A stretch of DNA of 64,000 nt from Bacteroidales bacterium (GTDB taxonomy: Bacteria; Bacteroidota; Bacteroidia; Bacteroidales; VadinHA17): assembly GCA_046329875.1 (NCBI GenBank), contig JAXLTT010000001.1, forward strand, positions 405,226 to 469,225, written 5' to 3'. The notes under the pieces were generated by a model. That model did no database searches. It was not told the DNA's origin and was given only the letters and a program-made list of their open reading frames with translations. The position numbers and the translations under genes are program-made. This document shows, piece by piece, positions 57,301 to 64,000 of this stretch (positions are counted from its first letter, which is position 1; the number at the start of each line of letters is the position of its first letter).

Positions 57301-57484
57301 TGAAGTGACAGTTAATGTAAAGGGAAGCCTGCGGAATCTTGAGGGACCATTCCATAACAATCCGCCGGTAGGTTTTGCATCGCCATGGAACTGGCGCTAT
57401 ATTAAAACATATCCTTCCGGTAAAGATTACAAAATGTACGATTACGGATTACTTAAGGACTTTGAGATCCTGCGGTCGGAATAG
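54350..57484 (+). CDS. large (1044 aa) glycoside hydrolase-like lipoprotein, possibly GH106-related
   Basis: Lipobox ISQSC. FSEPPAEYTTSPFFVWDDDI...VFVHPRPGLVTEYLSEKW...MKVWIYDENSYPSGFAGG resembles the N-terminal barrel of the rhamnosidase-type family. The family assignment is from memory only. Confidence 0.4.
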   Translation: MKPAMKRMISYFFNFFTIILILTISQSCGKKQKAESTVSDFTTLKSLFSEPPAEYTTSPFFVWDDDINADEIDRFMEEFHRQGSSQVFVHPRPGLVTEYLSEKWFDLFRHTVDKGKELGMKVWIYDENSYPSGFAGGHVPAEMPESYNQGQGLKMIKTESIPDTADKFYLILKVENGNYSDITTNIAAEKGKTGKYCLFYKTYNGKSDWYGGFSYVDLLYPGVTQKFIDLTMKGYEKIAGDEFGKTVPGTFTDEPQIESPGGIRFTPDLFNEFREKWGYDLRLNLPSLFEETGDWKRIRHNYTQTLLDLFIERWAIPWSEYCESKNLKFTGHYWEHEWPNMQPGGDNMAMYLYHQEPAIDMLFNQFNDSLPGAQFGNVRSVKELASAANQSGRSRKLSETYGGSGWDLTFTEMKRNGDWQYALGVNQMNQHLTYFSMEGARKYDYPPTFDYHEPWWTDYKYINDHYARLSLALSSGRQVNDILILEPNTTCWMYDSYVERNKKVGEIGQAFQTFVTSLEKNQVEYDLGSERILSETGSVKDGKLLVGFASYSKVVIPPMTENLNLKTLELLKKFESQGGKIIACSVPFMVDGKENKEAEKVFSGRNVSMFTSGSAASLAGELSNATTSFSNVRGELYHQTRKLNDGELVFLVNSGLNDSLTGNLNVKGAGVIEMNTLTGELNSYPFSQEGSNITLGFAMPPAGSLLLFIPDKKTDGYPGKKLSGQAVKLPLAQKISAKADSANVLTIDFCDLTIGNETARDLYFWAAADMAYRKHGLNNGNPWNTSVQYKTNIVDRDTFNVKTGFTATYHFNVKGRFDYSGLKAIIERPNLWTVKINGTEIKAVPGKWWLDRNFGVFEIGKNVREGENLISITASPMRIFSEIESIYITGDFSLEPAAKGWSIKAPIKSIEEGSWQSQGMPFYSWGVSYSGKFDSGELTGSYQVSLPEWKGTVAEISVNGKKAAIVAFPPYRADITAFLVKGLNEVTVNVKGSLRNLEGPFHNNPPVGFASPWNWRYIKTYPSGKDYKMYDYGLLKDFEILRSE

Positions 57485-57719
57485 GTAAGATGCGATTGCT
57501 TATATGAGTTGAATATTTTCCGAACCATTTCGATGTTTATGTTATAAATCATTAATGTTCAACAATATATTTATCGACTATTGCAAAAACAAAATATTTT
57601 TCTACTTTTAACCCGCTTTTTATTAAAGCTTTAACAGACTAACCAGACAAATTCAAATTGGAAAATCACGTTTATTTAATTTGAAATCTGGACATTAACT
57701 TAATTTAAACATAGATCCT

Positions 57720-59390
57720 ATGAGAAAACTTTTGACTTCCGCTATTGGAATTCTTATGGCTGGCACCCTTTTCGCCGGCGGCCTGGTTACAAATACGAAC
57801 CAGAGTGCTGCATGGGTCCGTCTTCCCTCGAGGAATGCTTCAACGGGCATCGATGCAGTTTATTACAACCCTGCAGGTCTGACCAAACTTGAAGATGGTT
57901 TCCATTTTTCACTTAACAATCAGACTATTTTTCAGACTAAGACTGTAACAAACAATTACAAAGGTCCCGGTGGTGCTTTTGGTCTGAATAATGCCAAGTA
58001 TATAGGGGACGTTAAAGCTCCTGTATATCCCGGTGTCTATGCAGTCTATAAGAAGAACAGGCTTGCATTCTCATTGGGCTTCAACCCGGTTGGTGGTGGC
58101 GGTGGTGCAGAATACAAAACAGGTCTTCCCTCATTCGAAATGAGCGCATCAGACCTTGTTCCTTCTCTTGCAACACAGGGTGCATCAGCATACAGGCTTG
58201 ACGCTTACCTCAAAGGATCTTCAACTTTCTTTGGACTCCAGGGCGGTATATCATATAAAATCAATGATATGATCTCTGTTGGAGTAGGCCTTCGCTATGT
58301 TATGGCAAAAAATACCTATTTAGGTCATCTTTCCAATATCGAGCTCAACATGGGAGGTACATGGACAAGGGCTGATGCAGTTATGAATGGAATCGTAGCC
58401 CAGCTTACAAGCATTAAGGGTATTCCGGCATCTATCGCACCGATCATCAGTGGCGGAGGCGGATCACTTACACTCTCCCAGCTTGTTTCGGGAAGTATGC
58501 TTACACAGGCACAGGCTGATGCGATTGCTGCAGGTCTTGCTTACATAGGTGTTCCTGCTGCTGCAATTCCGGCAATGAGTGCCTCAACAATCAGCGGTAC
58601 AATAACAGGTGCAACTTCTTCACTTAACACAAAAATTGCTACATATACAGCTACAGCCACACTGCTGGGCGATCAGAGTGTTGACGCCACACAGAATGGA
58701 ACAGGTATATCACCGATTTTCAGTGTTAACTTCTCACCCAGCGACAAGATCAATATTGCTGTCAAGTATGAAATGAGAACAAAAATGGAAGTCACAAACA
58801 AAACAAAAAGTGATTTCCTTGTTGGTTTCCAGCTTGATGGAACACCAATCACAATGTTTGCTAACGGAGAAAAAACTCCAAGCGATATGCCTGCTCTCCT
58901 GACAGTCGGTGCTGACCTTAAGGTTGCTGAACCTGTTACAGTATCATTAGGTTTCAACTATTTCTGGGATAAGAATGCAGATTATGGTCACAAAGTTGAC
59001 CTCGATAACATTTCTGCAACACCTTCTACTCCTATTGCCAACAAGTATATAATCGACCAGAATGGCTATTCTCTTATGGGTGGTGCCGAAGTTAAGGTAG
59101 CTGAGAAGATCCTTGTAAGCGCAGGTTACATCTGGTCAAATAAAGGTGTAAACAGGCTATACCAGAGCGATCTTACATACGGAAACGCAACCAACACAAT
59201 CGGTTTTGGTGGTGCATACGATGTAATGAAAAACCTCAGGGTAAACGTTGGTTATAACATGACTATTTATCAGAAAGATGTAAGTTATGTTGACCACGTA
59301 TTCTCTGCAACAAATACCCTCTACTCTCCACAGGAATTACATGAGAAGAAGACCTGGATGATTGGAGTTGGTGTTGATTACAGCTTCTAA
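57720..59390 (+). CDS. FadL/OmpP1/TodX-family outer membrane transport protein
   Basis: Signal peptide. RNASTGIDAVYYNPAGLTKL N-terminal hatch motif. A long barrel ending in GVGVDYSF. Confidence 0.65.
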   Translation: MRKLLTSAIGILMAGTLFAGGLVTNTNQSAAWVRLPSRNASTGIDAVYYNPAGLTKLEDGFHFSLNNQTIFQTKTVTNNYKGPGGAFGLNNAKYIGDVKAPVYPGVYAVYKKNRLAFSLGFNPVGGGGGAEYKTGLPSFEMSASDLVPSLATQGASAYRLDAYLKGSSTFFGLQGGISYKINDMISVGVGLRYVMAKNTYLGHLSNIELNMGGTWTRADAVMNGIVAQLTSIKGIPASIAPIISGGGGSLTLSQLVSGSMLTQAQADAIAAGLAYIGVPAAAIPAMSASTISGTITGATSSLNTKIATYTATATLLGDQSVDATQNGTGISPIFSVNFSPSDKINIAVKYEMRTKMEVTNKTKSDFLVGFQLDGTPITMFANGEKTPSDMPALLTVGADLKVAEPVTVSLGFNYFWDKNADYGHKVDLDNISATPSTPIANKYIIDQNGYSLMGGAEVKVAEKILVSAGYIWSNKGVNRLYQSDLTYGNATNTIGFGGAYDVMKNLRVNVGYNMTIYQKDVSYVDHVFSATNTLYSPQELHEKKTWMIGVGVDYSF

Positions 59391-59411
59391 TAAATTTTCC
59401 TATAAGAATAA

Positions 59412-59442
59412 AAAGGGTGCCCTTTCAAGGCGCCCTTTTTTA
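59412..59442 (+). terminator. intrinsic terminator of the FadL-like gene
   Basis: AGGGTGCC / GGCGCCCT stem (one G-U pair), loop CTTTCAA, followed by TTTTTTATT. Confidence 0.75.
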
Positions 59443-59505
59443 TTACTATTCAACAAGTTGAAACTTGTATTTTAATCATTTTTTACTCAAATCTTCTTTG
59501 TTCCC

Positions 59506-59659
59506 TGGCTTCGCCGGGCTCTTCTCCTCCAGCCAGCAGATCCGGTTCTTTTGCTCACCCAAATCCTTTATGTTCTTTGGCTTCGCCGAGCTCGTCACTT
59601 CGTTCCTCGGTTCTTTGTTCGTCCAAAGACCTATTCTTCATTTCTTTTGCTCGCCCAAA
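59506..59659 (+). repeat. interleaved direct repeats left of the element
   Basis: TGGCTTCGCCG(G/A)GCTC occurs at 59506-59522 and 59578-59594. TTCTTTTGCTC(A/G)CCCAAA occurs at 59546-59563 and 59642-59659. Confidence 0.7.
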
Positions 59660-60072
59660 AGAAGAGCTCTTACTTTCTTTGTCTTGAAACAAAGAAAGTA
59701 AGCAAAGAAAATTCAAGGCTGCAGATAATTTTGGGGCTCATATTTTGAGTCTTGCCCACGCAACACAACTCGCCCCGGAAGCCGGGGCTCAAACAGTGTT
59801 GCTTACTTTCAGCCCTCGCTGCAAGCCTCAAAATAATCGCTGTTTCCCAAAATTCTCTGAGGCCGTCAAAGATCCATTAATGTGAAAGAGCTGAATAAAT
59901 ATTTTGAACATCAGCTATTTAGGATGAAGATAAGAGCGATGGAGAAACCGGAAACGGTGCGAACCGGGGTCTGGAACGAGGTTAGGCTTGAGGTGAGGGA
60001 CGACGAAGTGGAAGACCCCGGTTGTCGTTTCCGGCGCCCTTTCTTTGGTTCTTTCTTTGGACGAACAAAGAA
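59611..60072. other. 462-nt noncoding element bounded by a perfect 19-bp inverted repeat and containing three large hairpins
   Basis: The bounding repeat is TTCTTTGTTCGTCCAAAGA (59611-59629), whose exact reverse complement sits at 60054-60072. H1 is 59669-59702, a perfect 14-bp stem. H2 is 59727-59854, five nested helices. H3 is 59948-60034, with 9-bp and 10-bp helices. Confidence 0.7.
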
Positions 60073-60138
60073 AGAACAAATATAGGTTGAGGAAGTCGAG
60101 AGAAATGAATTATGTAAATGCGAAACTGACGATTAAGA

Positions 60139-60828
60139 TCAGAATTTAATACCTTTATCATTAAGGTACTTAAGGTAAAAATTAAGCCTCGGCGCTCCCG
60201 ATGCGCCCAATCGTTTATACCACACTTCAGCCCCAACTTTATCTCCCGCTTCAAGAGAGGCATTTATTATGTTAAGGTAAAGCAGACCTTCTATTCCAAG
60301 GTTCTTACTATCAATAGATTCAAGTATATTACTGAATATCCTTACTGAATTTTCAGGAGTACTTTTTTCTGATTCGGAAAAAGCCTTGTCGAGATCGGAA
60401 TTCAATTGCCTGTTGAGCGTAATCCCATAAAGAAACATGCATCCTGATGAGCAATCCTCCACAAGGTCAACCCATTGTGCATCTTTCCTTAAAGCAGGAA
60501 AACTGAGACTGAAATCAAGTTTATCCCCTGCATTTTTGAAATTGTAATTATCAGGACATTCAGGAATGCCTGAAGCTTTAAGCAGTCTTTCCTTCGATCC
60601 GTCGGGGTAAATAATGTATGTATTCTTATCAAGGCAGAAATAGCCATTGGCAATTTTACTCTCGAGGGTAAAATAGAAAACTGATCTTCCTTTTACAGTC
60701 TCAATCTTATTAAGCGTAAGTGTTTCCGGGCTTTTCATTGCCTGGTTAGGCTTTTCGATCACCTGTGCCACCACTGATAGTGAAAAAAGAATTGCTGCAA
60801 AAAAAGCAGCTGCTCTGAACCTGTTCAT
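60139..60828 (-). CDS. secreted hypothetical protein
   Basis: Signal peptide (FFAAILFSLSVVAQ). No motif recognised. Confidence 0.55.
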   Translation of the reverse strand: MNRFRAAAFFAAILFSLSVVAQVIEKPNQAMKSPETLTLNKIETVKGRSVFYFTLESKIANGYFCLDKNTYIIYPDGSKERLLKASGIPECPDNYNFKNAGDKLDFSLSFPALRKDAQWVDLVEDCSSGCMFLYGITLNRQLNSDLDKAFSESEKSTPENSVRIFSNILESIDSKNLGIEGLLYLNIINASLEAGDKVGAEVWYKRLGASGAPRLNFYLKYLNDKGIKF

Positions 60829-60914
60829 AAATGAGTTATTTGATGTGCAAGTTACAAAATAAGTGCCGAAGAGGGTATCGCAAGGTGAATGATGGCAAAA
60901 TATGACAAAATCCG

Positions 60915-60941
60915 GTAACCGATTTGTAACAAATAAGTAAC
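60915..60941 (+). promoter_or_regulatory. three GTAAC direct repeats at exact 11-bp phasing (candidate response-regulator site)
   Basis: GTAAC at 60915, 60926 and 60937 (gGTAACcgatt tGTAACaaata aGTAACtaatc). It sits about 35 nt upstream of the TATTTTTG box at 60974-60981 and 104 nt upstream of the phoU ATG. Confidence 0.35.
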
Positions 60942-60973
60942 TAATCGCTGATTATTATGACATTAAATGATGC

Positions 60974-60981
60974 TATTTTTG
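60974..60981 (+). promoter_or_regulatory. candidate -7 promoter box TATTTTTG for the phoU operon
   Basis: Matches TAnnTTTG. The -33 element is only approximate. Confidence 0.3.
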
Positions 60982-61044
60982 CAGAGCATTATTATAAATT
61001 ACTAACTGGTATAACACACCTGTGTAATACTTATCAGATTTAAA

Positions 61045-61764
61045 ATGAATACAAAAAGAGAAGAATCAATACGTGATATTATAGAAAGTTTTCGTGAAAT
61101 GTCCGACCTGGTACTTTCACAGCTGTCTCTCCTTGAGAAATTCATGACTGCAGAAAGTGATGATACAAGAAATGATCTGTTGAATAAAATTACTGAGAAC
61201 GAAAGGAGAATAGACAAGTATGAAGTTGAGGTCAGTGAGAAGTTTATTAACAGTATTGTACTTTACCAGCCTGTTGCCTCGGATATCCGCAAATTAGTTG
61301 CAATCTACAGGATGACACTGAACCTCGAAAGGATCGGCGACCTCGTAATGAACATAACAGATTCCACGCTTGCTATACATGAATCGGAAGAATACCGCGC
61401 AATGTCGGGTGTAATACTGAATATGTTGCTTTCCGGAATAAGTATGGTTGAAAAAGCATTAATTTCGTTTATAAACGGAGATACAGAATACGCTGTATGG
61501 ACAATAAAAAATGATGAAGTTGTGGACGACATGAACCGTAAGCTTCTAATAAACAGCATAAAGAAGGCTAAAATACAATCCCGTACCAGGGAGATGCTTT
61601 TAAGCTATGTTGATATGAAAAACATCCTCTCGAATATTGAAAGGATAGCTGACCATGCAACTAACATAGCAGAGGCATCTATTTATTCCCTGGAAGGCAC
61701 CGACATCAGGCATACCGGTTTTGCCCTCGGTGATCCGGCAGGCATTAACAAACCCTCATTATAA
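61045..61764 (+). CDS. phoU: phosphate signalling complex protein PhoU
   Basis: Two PhoU repeats (VASDIRKLVAIYRMTLNLERIGD and a second with NIERIADHATNIAE). Confidence 0.85.
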   Translation: MNTKREESIRDIIESFREMSDLVLSQLSLLEKFMTAESDDTRNDLLNKITENERRIDKYEVEVSEKFINSIVLYQPVASDIRKLVAIYRMTLNLERIGDLVMNITDSTLAIHESEEYRAMSGVILNMLLSGISMVEKALISFINGDTEYAVWTIKNDEVVDDMNRKLLINSIKKAKIQSRTREMLLSYVDMKNILSNIERIADHATNIAEASIYSLEGTDIRHTGFALGDPAGINKPSL

Positions 61765-62450
61765 TGAATCTCAAGGATAGCAAAATACTTATTATTGACG
61801 ACGAGGAAGATCTATGTGAGATACTACAGTACAACCTTACTAATGCTGGTTGTATAACGGAAACTGCCCATTCAGCTGAAGAAGCGCTTACAAAATCTCC
61901 GGGGAGTTTTGATCTTATGATTCTTGATGTTATGATGGGGCCGATGTCGGGGTTCAGGCTGGCGGACAAACTCAGAAAGGAACTTAATGTATCAACGCCG
62001 ATAATATTCCTTACAGCAAAGGATACTGAAAATGATGTACTTACCGGATTCAGCCTCGGCGCAGACGATTATATTGCAAAACCATTCTCAATCAATGAAC
62101 TTATTGCAAGGGTGAAAGCCGTTTTAAAGAGATCTGCGGCAAACAATGACCAGCGCAATAATATAATGACATATAACGAATTCTCCCTCGACAGGATAAA
62201 GAAACGCCTGGTTATAGATGAAGAGAAGATCGAACTGACAAAAAAAGAATATGAGATACTGAACCTTCTTCTCGAAAACCAGGGTATGGTGTTTTCAAGG
62301 GAGGATATCCTGAAACGCATCTGGGGTGAGGATATAATCGTAACCGATCGTACTGTTGATGTTAATATCACACGTCTCAGAACTAAAATGGGAAGATATG
62401 GTGGCTGTATCAGGAACAAATCGGGCTATGGATACTATTTCGAATTCTAG
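61764..62450 (+). CDS. OmpR/PhoB-family response regulator
   Basis: Receiver domain (ILIIDDEEDL...DLMILDVMMGPMSG...TAKD) plus a winged-helix output (LTKKEYEILNLL...DRTVDVNITRLRTKM). Its start overlaps the phoU stop (TAATG). Confidence 0.9.
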   Translation: MNLKDSKILIIDDEEDLCEILQYNLTNAGCITETAHSAEEALTKSPGSFDLMILDVMMGPMSGFRLADKLRKELNVSTPIIFLTAKDTENDVLTGFSLGADDYIAKPFSINELIARVKAVLKRSAANNDQRNNIMTYNEFSLDRIKKRLVIDEEKIELTKKEYEILNLLLENQGMVFSREDILKRIWGEDIIVTDRTVDVNITRLRTKMGRYGGCIRNKSGYGYYFEF

Positions 62451-62462
62451 AATTAATCAAAA

Positions 62463-64000
62463 ATGAAGGCCAGGAACTCATTCAGGAATAATCTTTTCCT
62501 TTTTTACTCGGCAATTTTCGTTGTCTTCACAATTCTGATACTCGGTTACCAGTTCAACAGGGAAAAAAGATACAGAATTCAGAACCTTAACGACGAGCTT
62601 GACAAAATCACACAGATAACCGACCGGTTCATCACCAACAACAGTATTGCCAGCACCAATAACTGGCATATAGTTGATTCTCTTGTGAGAATAATGCCAC
62701 AACTAAATCTCAGGATCACAGTTATTGATCCAGTTGGGAGGGTCATCTACGACAGTTCAGTAAGAGACTGGAGTACAATGGCCAACCATCTTGAAAGGCC
62801 GGAAGTGAGGGAATCGCTTTATTCTGACTTCGGAACGAGCATAAGGATGTCAGGAACAACAGGAAAAGACTATTATTACTACTCAAAATACTATACAAAA
62901 TATTATATAAGGGCAGCAGTGGTTTATGACATCAAACTGATTCACCTGCTGCAGGCCAACAAGTCCTTTATACTCGTAATAATTCTGTCATTTATTGTAA
63001 TCTGGCTGCTCCTCCTGGCAGTTACTAACCGTTTCGGAAAATCTATTGCAAAACTTAAGGACTTTGCTGTGAAAATCGCCAATAATGAACCAGTTGATTT
63101 TGGCTCAAGGTTCCCTCGAAACGAGTTAGGCATTATTGGTGATGAGATAATGGAGATCTATAACAGGCAGCTGAACGCAAGAAATGAACTGGCAAATGAG
63201 AAGGAGAAACTGTTCAGTCACCTTAATGCTCTTAATGAGGGGGTTGGCTTTTTTACCACTGATAAAGAAAAGGTACTGACAAACAATCATTTCATACACC
63301 TTATGAACCTTATCTCAGGTGAGCTTACAGTATCAACTTCAAACTTTTTCAGGATACCTGAATTCAGCCAGATAGTGGAATTTACAAATAAGCAGTTATC
63401 TCGCGAAACAACAGTTCCAGGGTCATTGCCTAAACTTGAATATAATGTTGAGAAGAACGGCAGGATATTCAGAATTCAGTGTGTTGTTTTCCACGACAAA
63501 AGTTTTGAGGTTATACTCTCTGATATAACCAGTAGTGAAAAAAACAGACAGATAAGGCTCGAAATGACTTCAAATATTGCCCATGAGCTAAAGACCCCTG
63601 TTTCCTCTGTAAAAGGATATATCGAAACTTTACTGAACCAGCCGGGGATGGATCCGGAAAAGCAAAAGTACTTTCTCGAAAAAGCACTGGCGCAGAGCGA
63701 CAGGCTCACAGATCTTATAAACGATATTGCAATACTGAACAAGATAGAGGAAGCTTCAGGATCATTTCTCATCGAAAAGATTAAGGTCAGGGATCTGATA
63801 GTTGAGGTTTGTGAGAATTTCAGGTCAGCAATCGAAGCAAAGAAGATCACGGTTGATGTTGAGATAGAAAATGATGCAGTTGTAACATGTAACAGGTCTC
63901 TCCTGACATCGGTTTTCCAGAATCTTCTTGAGAATGCTGTAAACTATGCAGGAAATTCAACAAAAGTAAGCATCAGGCTTTACGACAGTGATGAGAATTA
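62463..64000 (+). CDS. sensor histidine kinase (PhoR-like), 3' end cut by the window edge
   Basis: Not in the ORF track because no stop falls inside the window. ATG 62463 and the frame is open to nt 64000. Two TM segments, a HAMP-like region, the H-box SNIAHELKTPVSSVKGY and the N-box QNLLENAVNYAG. Confidence 0.85.
   Translation, partial: MKARNSFRNNLFLFYSAIFVVFTILILGYQFNREKRYRIQNLNDELDKITQITDRFITNNSIASTNNWHIVDSLVRIMPQLNLRITVIDPVGRVIYDSSVRDWSTMANHLERPEVRESLYSDFGTSIRMSGTTGKDYYYYSKYYTKYYIRAAVVYDIKLIHLLQANKSFILVIILSFIVIWLLLLAVTNRFGKSIAKLKDFAVKIANNEPVDFGSRFPRNELGIIGDEIMEIYNRQLNARNELANEKEKLFSHLNALNEGVGFFTTDKEKVLTNNHFIHLMNLISGELTVSTSNFFRIPEFSQIVEFTNKQLSRETTVPGSLPKLEYNVEKNGRIFRIQCVVFHDKSFEVILSDITSSEKNRQIRLEMTSNIAHELKTPVSSVKGYIETLLNQPGMDPEKQKYFLEKALAQSDRLTDLINDIAILNKIEEASGSFLIEKIKVRDLIVEVCENFRSAIEAKKITVDVEIENDAVVTCNRSLLTSVFQNLLENAVNYAGNSTKVSIRLYDSDEN

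Noticed and set aside
59611-60072. The 19-bp inverted repeat pair could flank an invertible promoter (inverton).
   Set aside because: Both flanking genes present their 3' ends to the element, so no promoter target exists. No recombinase gene appears in the window. A MITE-like or structured-RNA explanation is more plausible.
59465-60263. Four ORFs from the track (59465-59701+, 59551-59748+, 59882-60085+, 59982-60263-) lie inside the repeat island.
   Set aside because: Their peptides are low-complexity and mirror the palindromes and direct repeats (FFGSFFGR, FFCSPK). Two begin at non-ATG codons and none resembles a known family. I treat them as translation artefacts of structured DNA.
1-64000. 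Mobile elements, prophage, defence islands, tRNA or rRNA genes.
   Set aside because: I scanned by eye for integrase, transposase and RT motifs, T-loop GGTTCGAATCC-type tRNA signatures and rRNA-like segments, and found none. Gene density and orientation look like core chromosome.

Overview
This 64 kb window looks like ordinary chromosome from a Bacteroidota-type bacterium. I infer the taxon from several signs: many lipoprotein and Sec signal peptides, TonB-dependent receptors carrying carboxypeptidase-regulatory domains, a TBDR+DUF4249 pair, TTTG/TAnnTTTG promoter-like boxes, and rubrerythrin. I saw no rRNA, tRNA, CRISPR array, transposase, integrase or phage genes.

Gene content from left to right:
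- An aromatic amino-acid operon (aminotransferase, prephenate dehydrogenase, DAHP synthase/chorismate mutase), followed by an orphan trpB2 that sits behind a Trp-codon leader ORF and a terminator.
- A long run of exported carbohydrate-active and redox enzymes. The glycoside hydrolases are GH16, GH2, GH17-like, GH3, GH140-like, GH5, GH43 and one very large GH. The other enzymes are two DUF1080 proteins, a PmoA-like DUF6807 protein, a NIPSNAP protein, a TAT-exported Gfo/Idh/MocA oxidoreductase, a TAT-exported aldo/keto reductase and an FAD oxidoreductase.
- A ribokinase / nucleoside hydrolase / ADP-ribosylglycohydrolase module.
- Two TonB-dependent receptor clusters that are not SusC/SusD pairs, and a FadL-like porin.
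- A phoU / response regulator / histidine kinase operon that runs off the 3' edge.

I found no clear defence or mobile system. The least explained signals are:
1. A 460-nt noncoding element at 59611-60072, closed by a perfect 19-bp inverted repeat and holding three large hairpins.
2. Arrays of 10-11-nt CTCTGTG units and a 9-nt tandem array lying exactly between stop codons.
3. A minus-strand operon (34641 to 26531) that combines a TAT-exported aldo/keto reductase, a GH-like barrel, a DoxX membrane domain fused through an internal twin-arginine-like anchor to an AKR-like barrel, a small beta-barrel protein and a GH3.

All functional calls come from motif recognition by eye. No searches were run.
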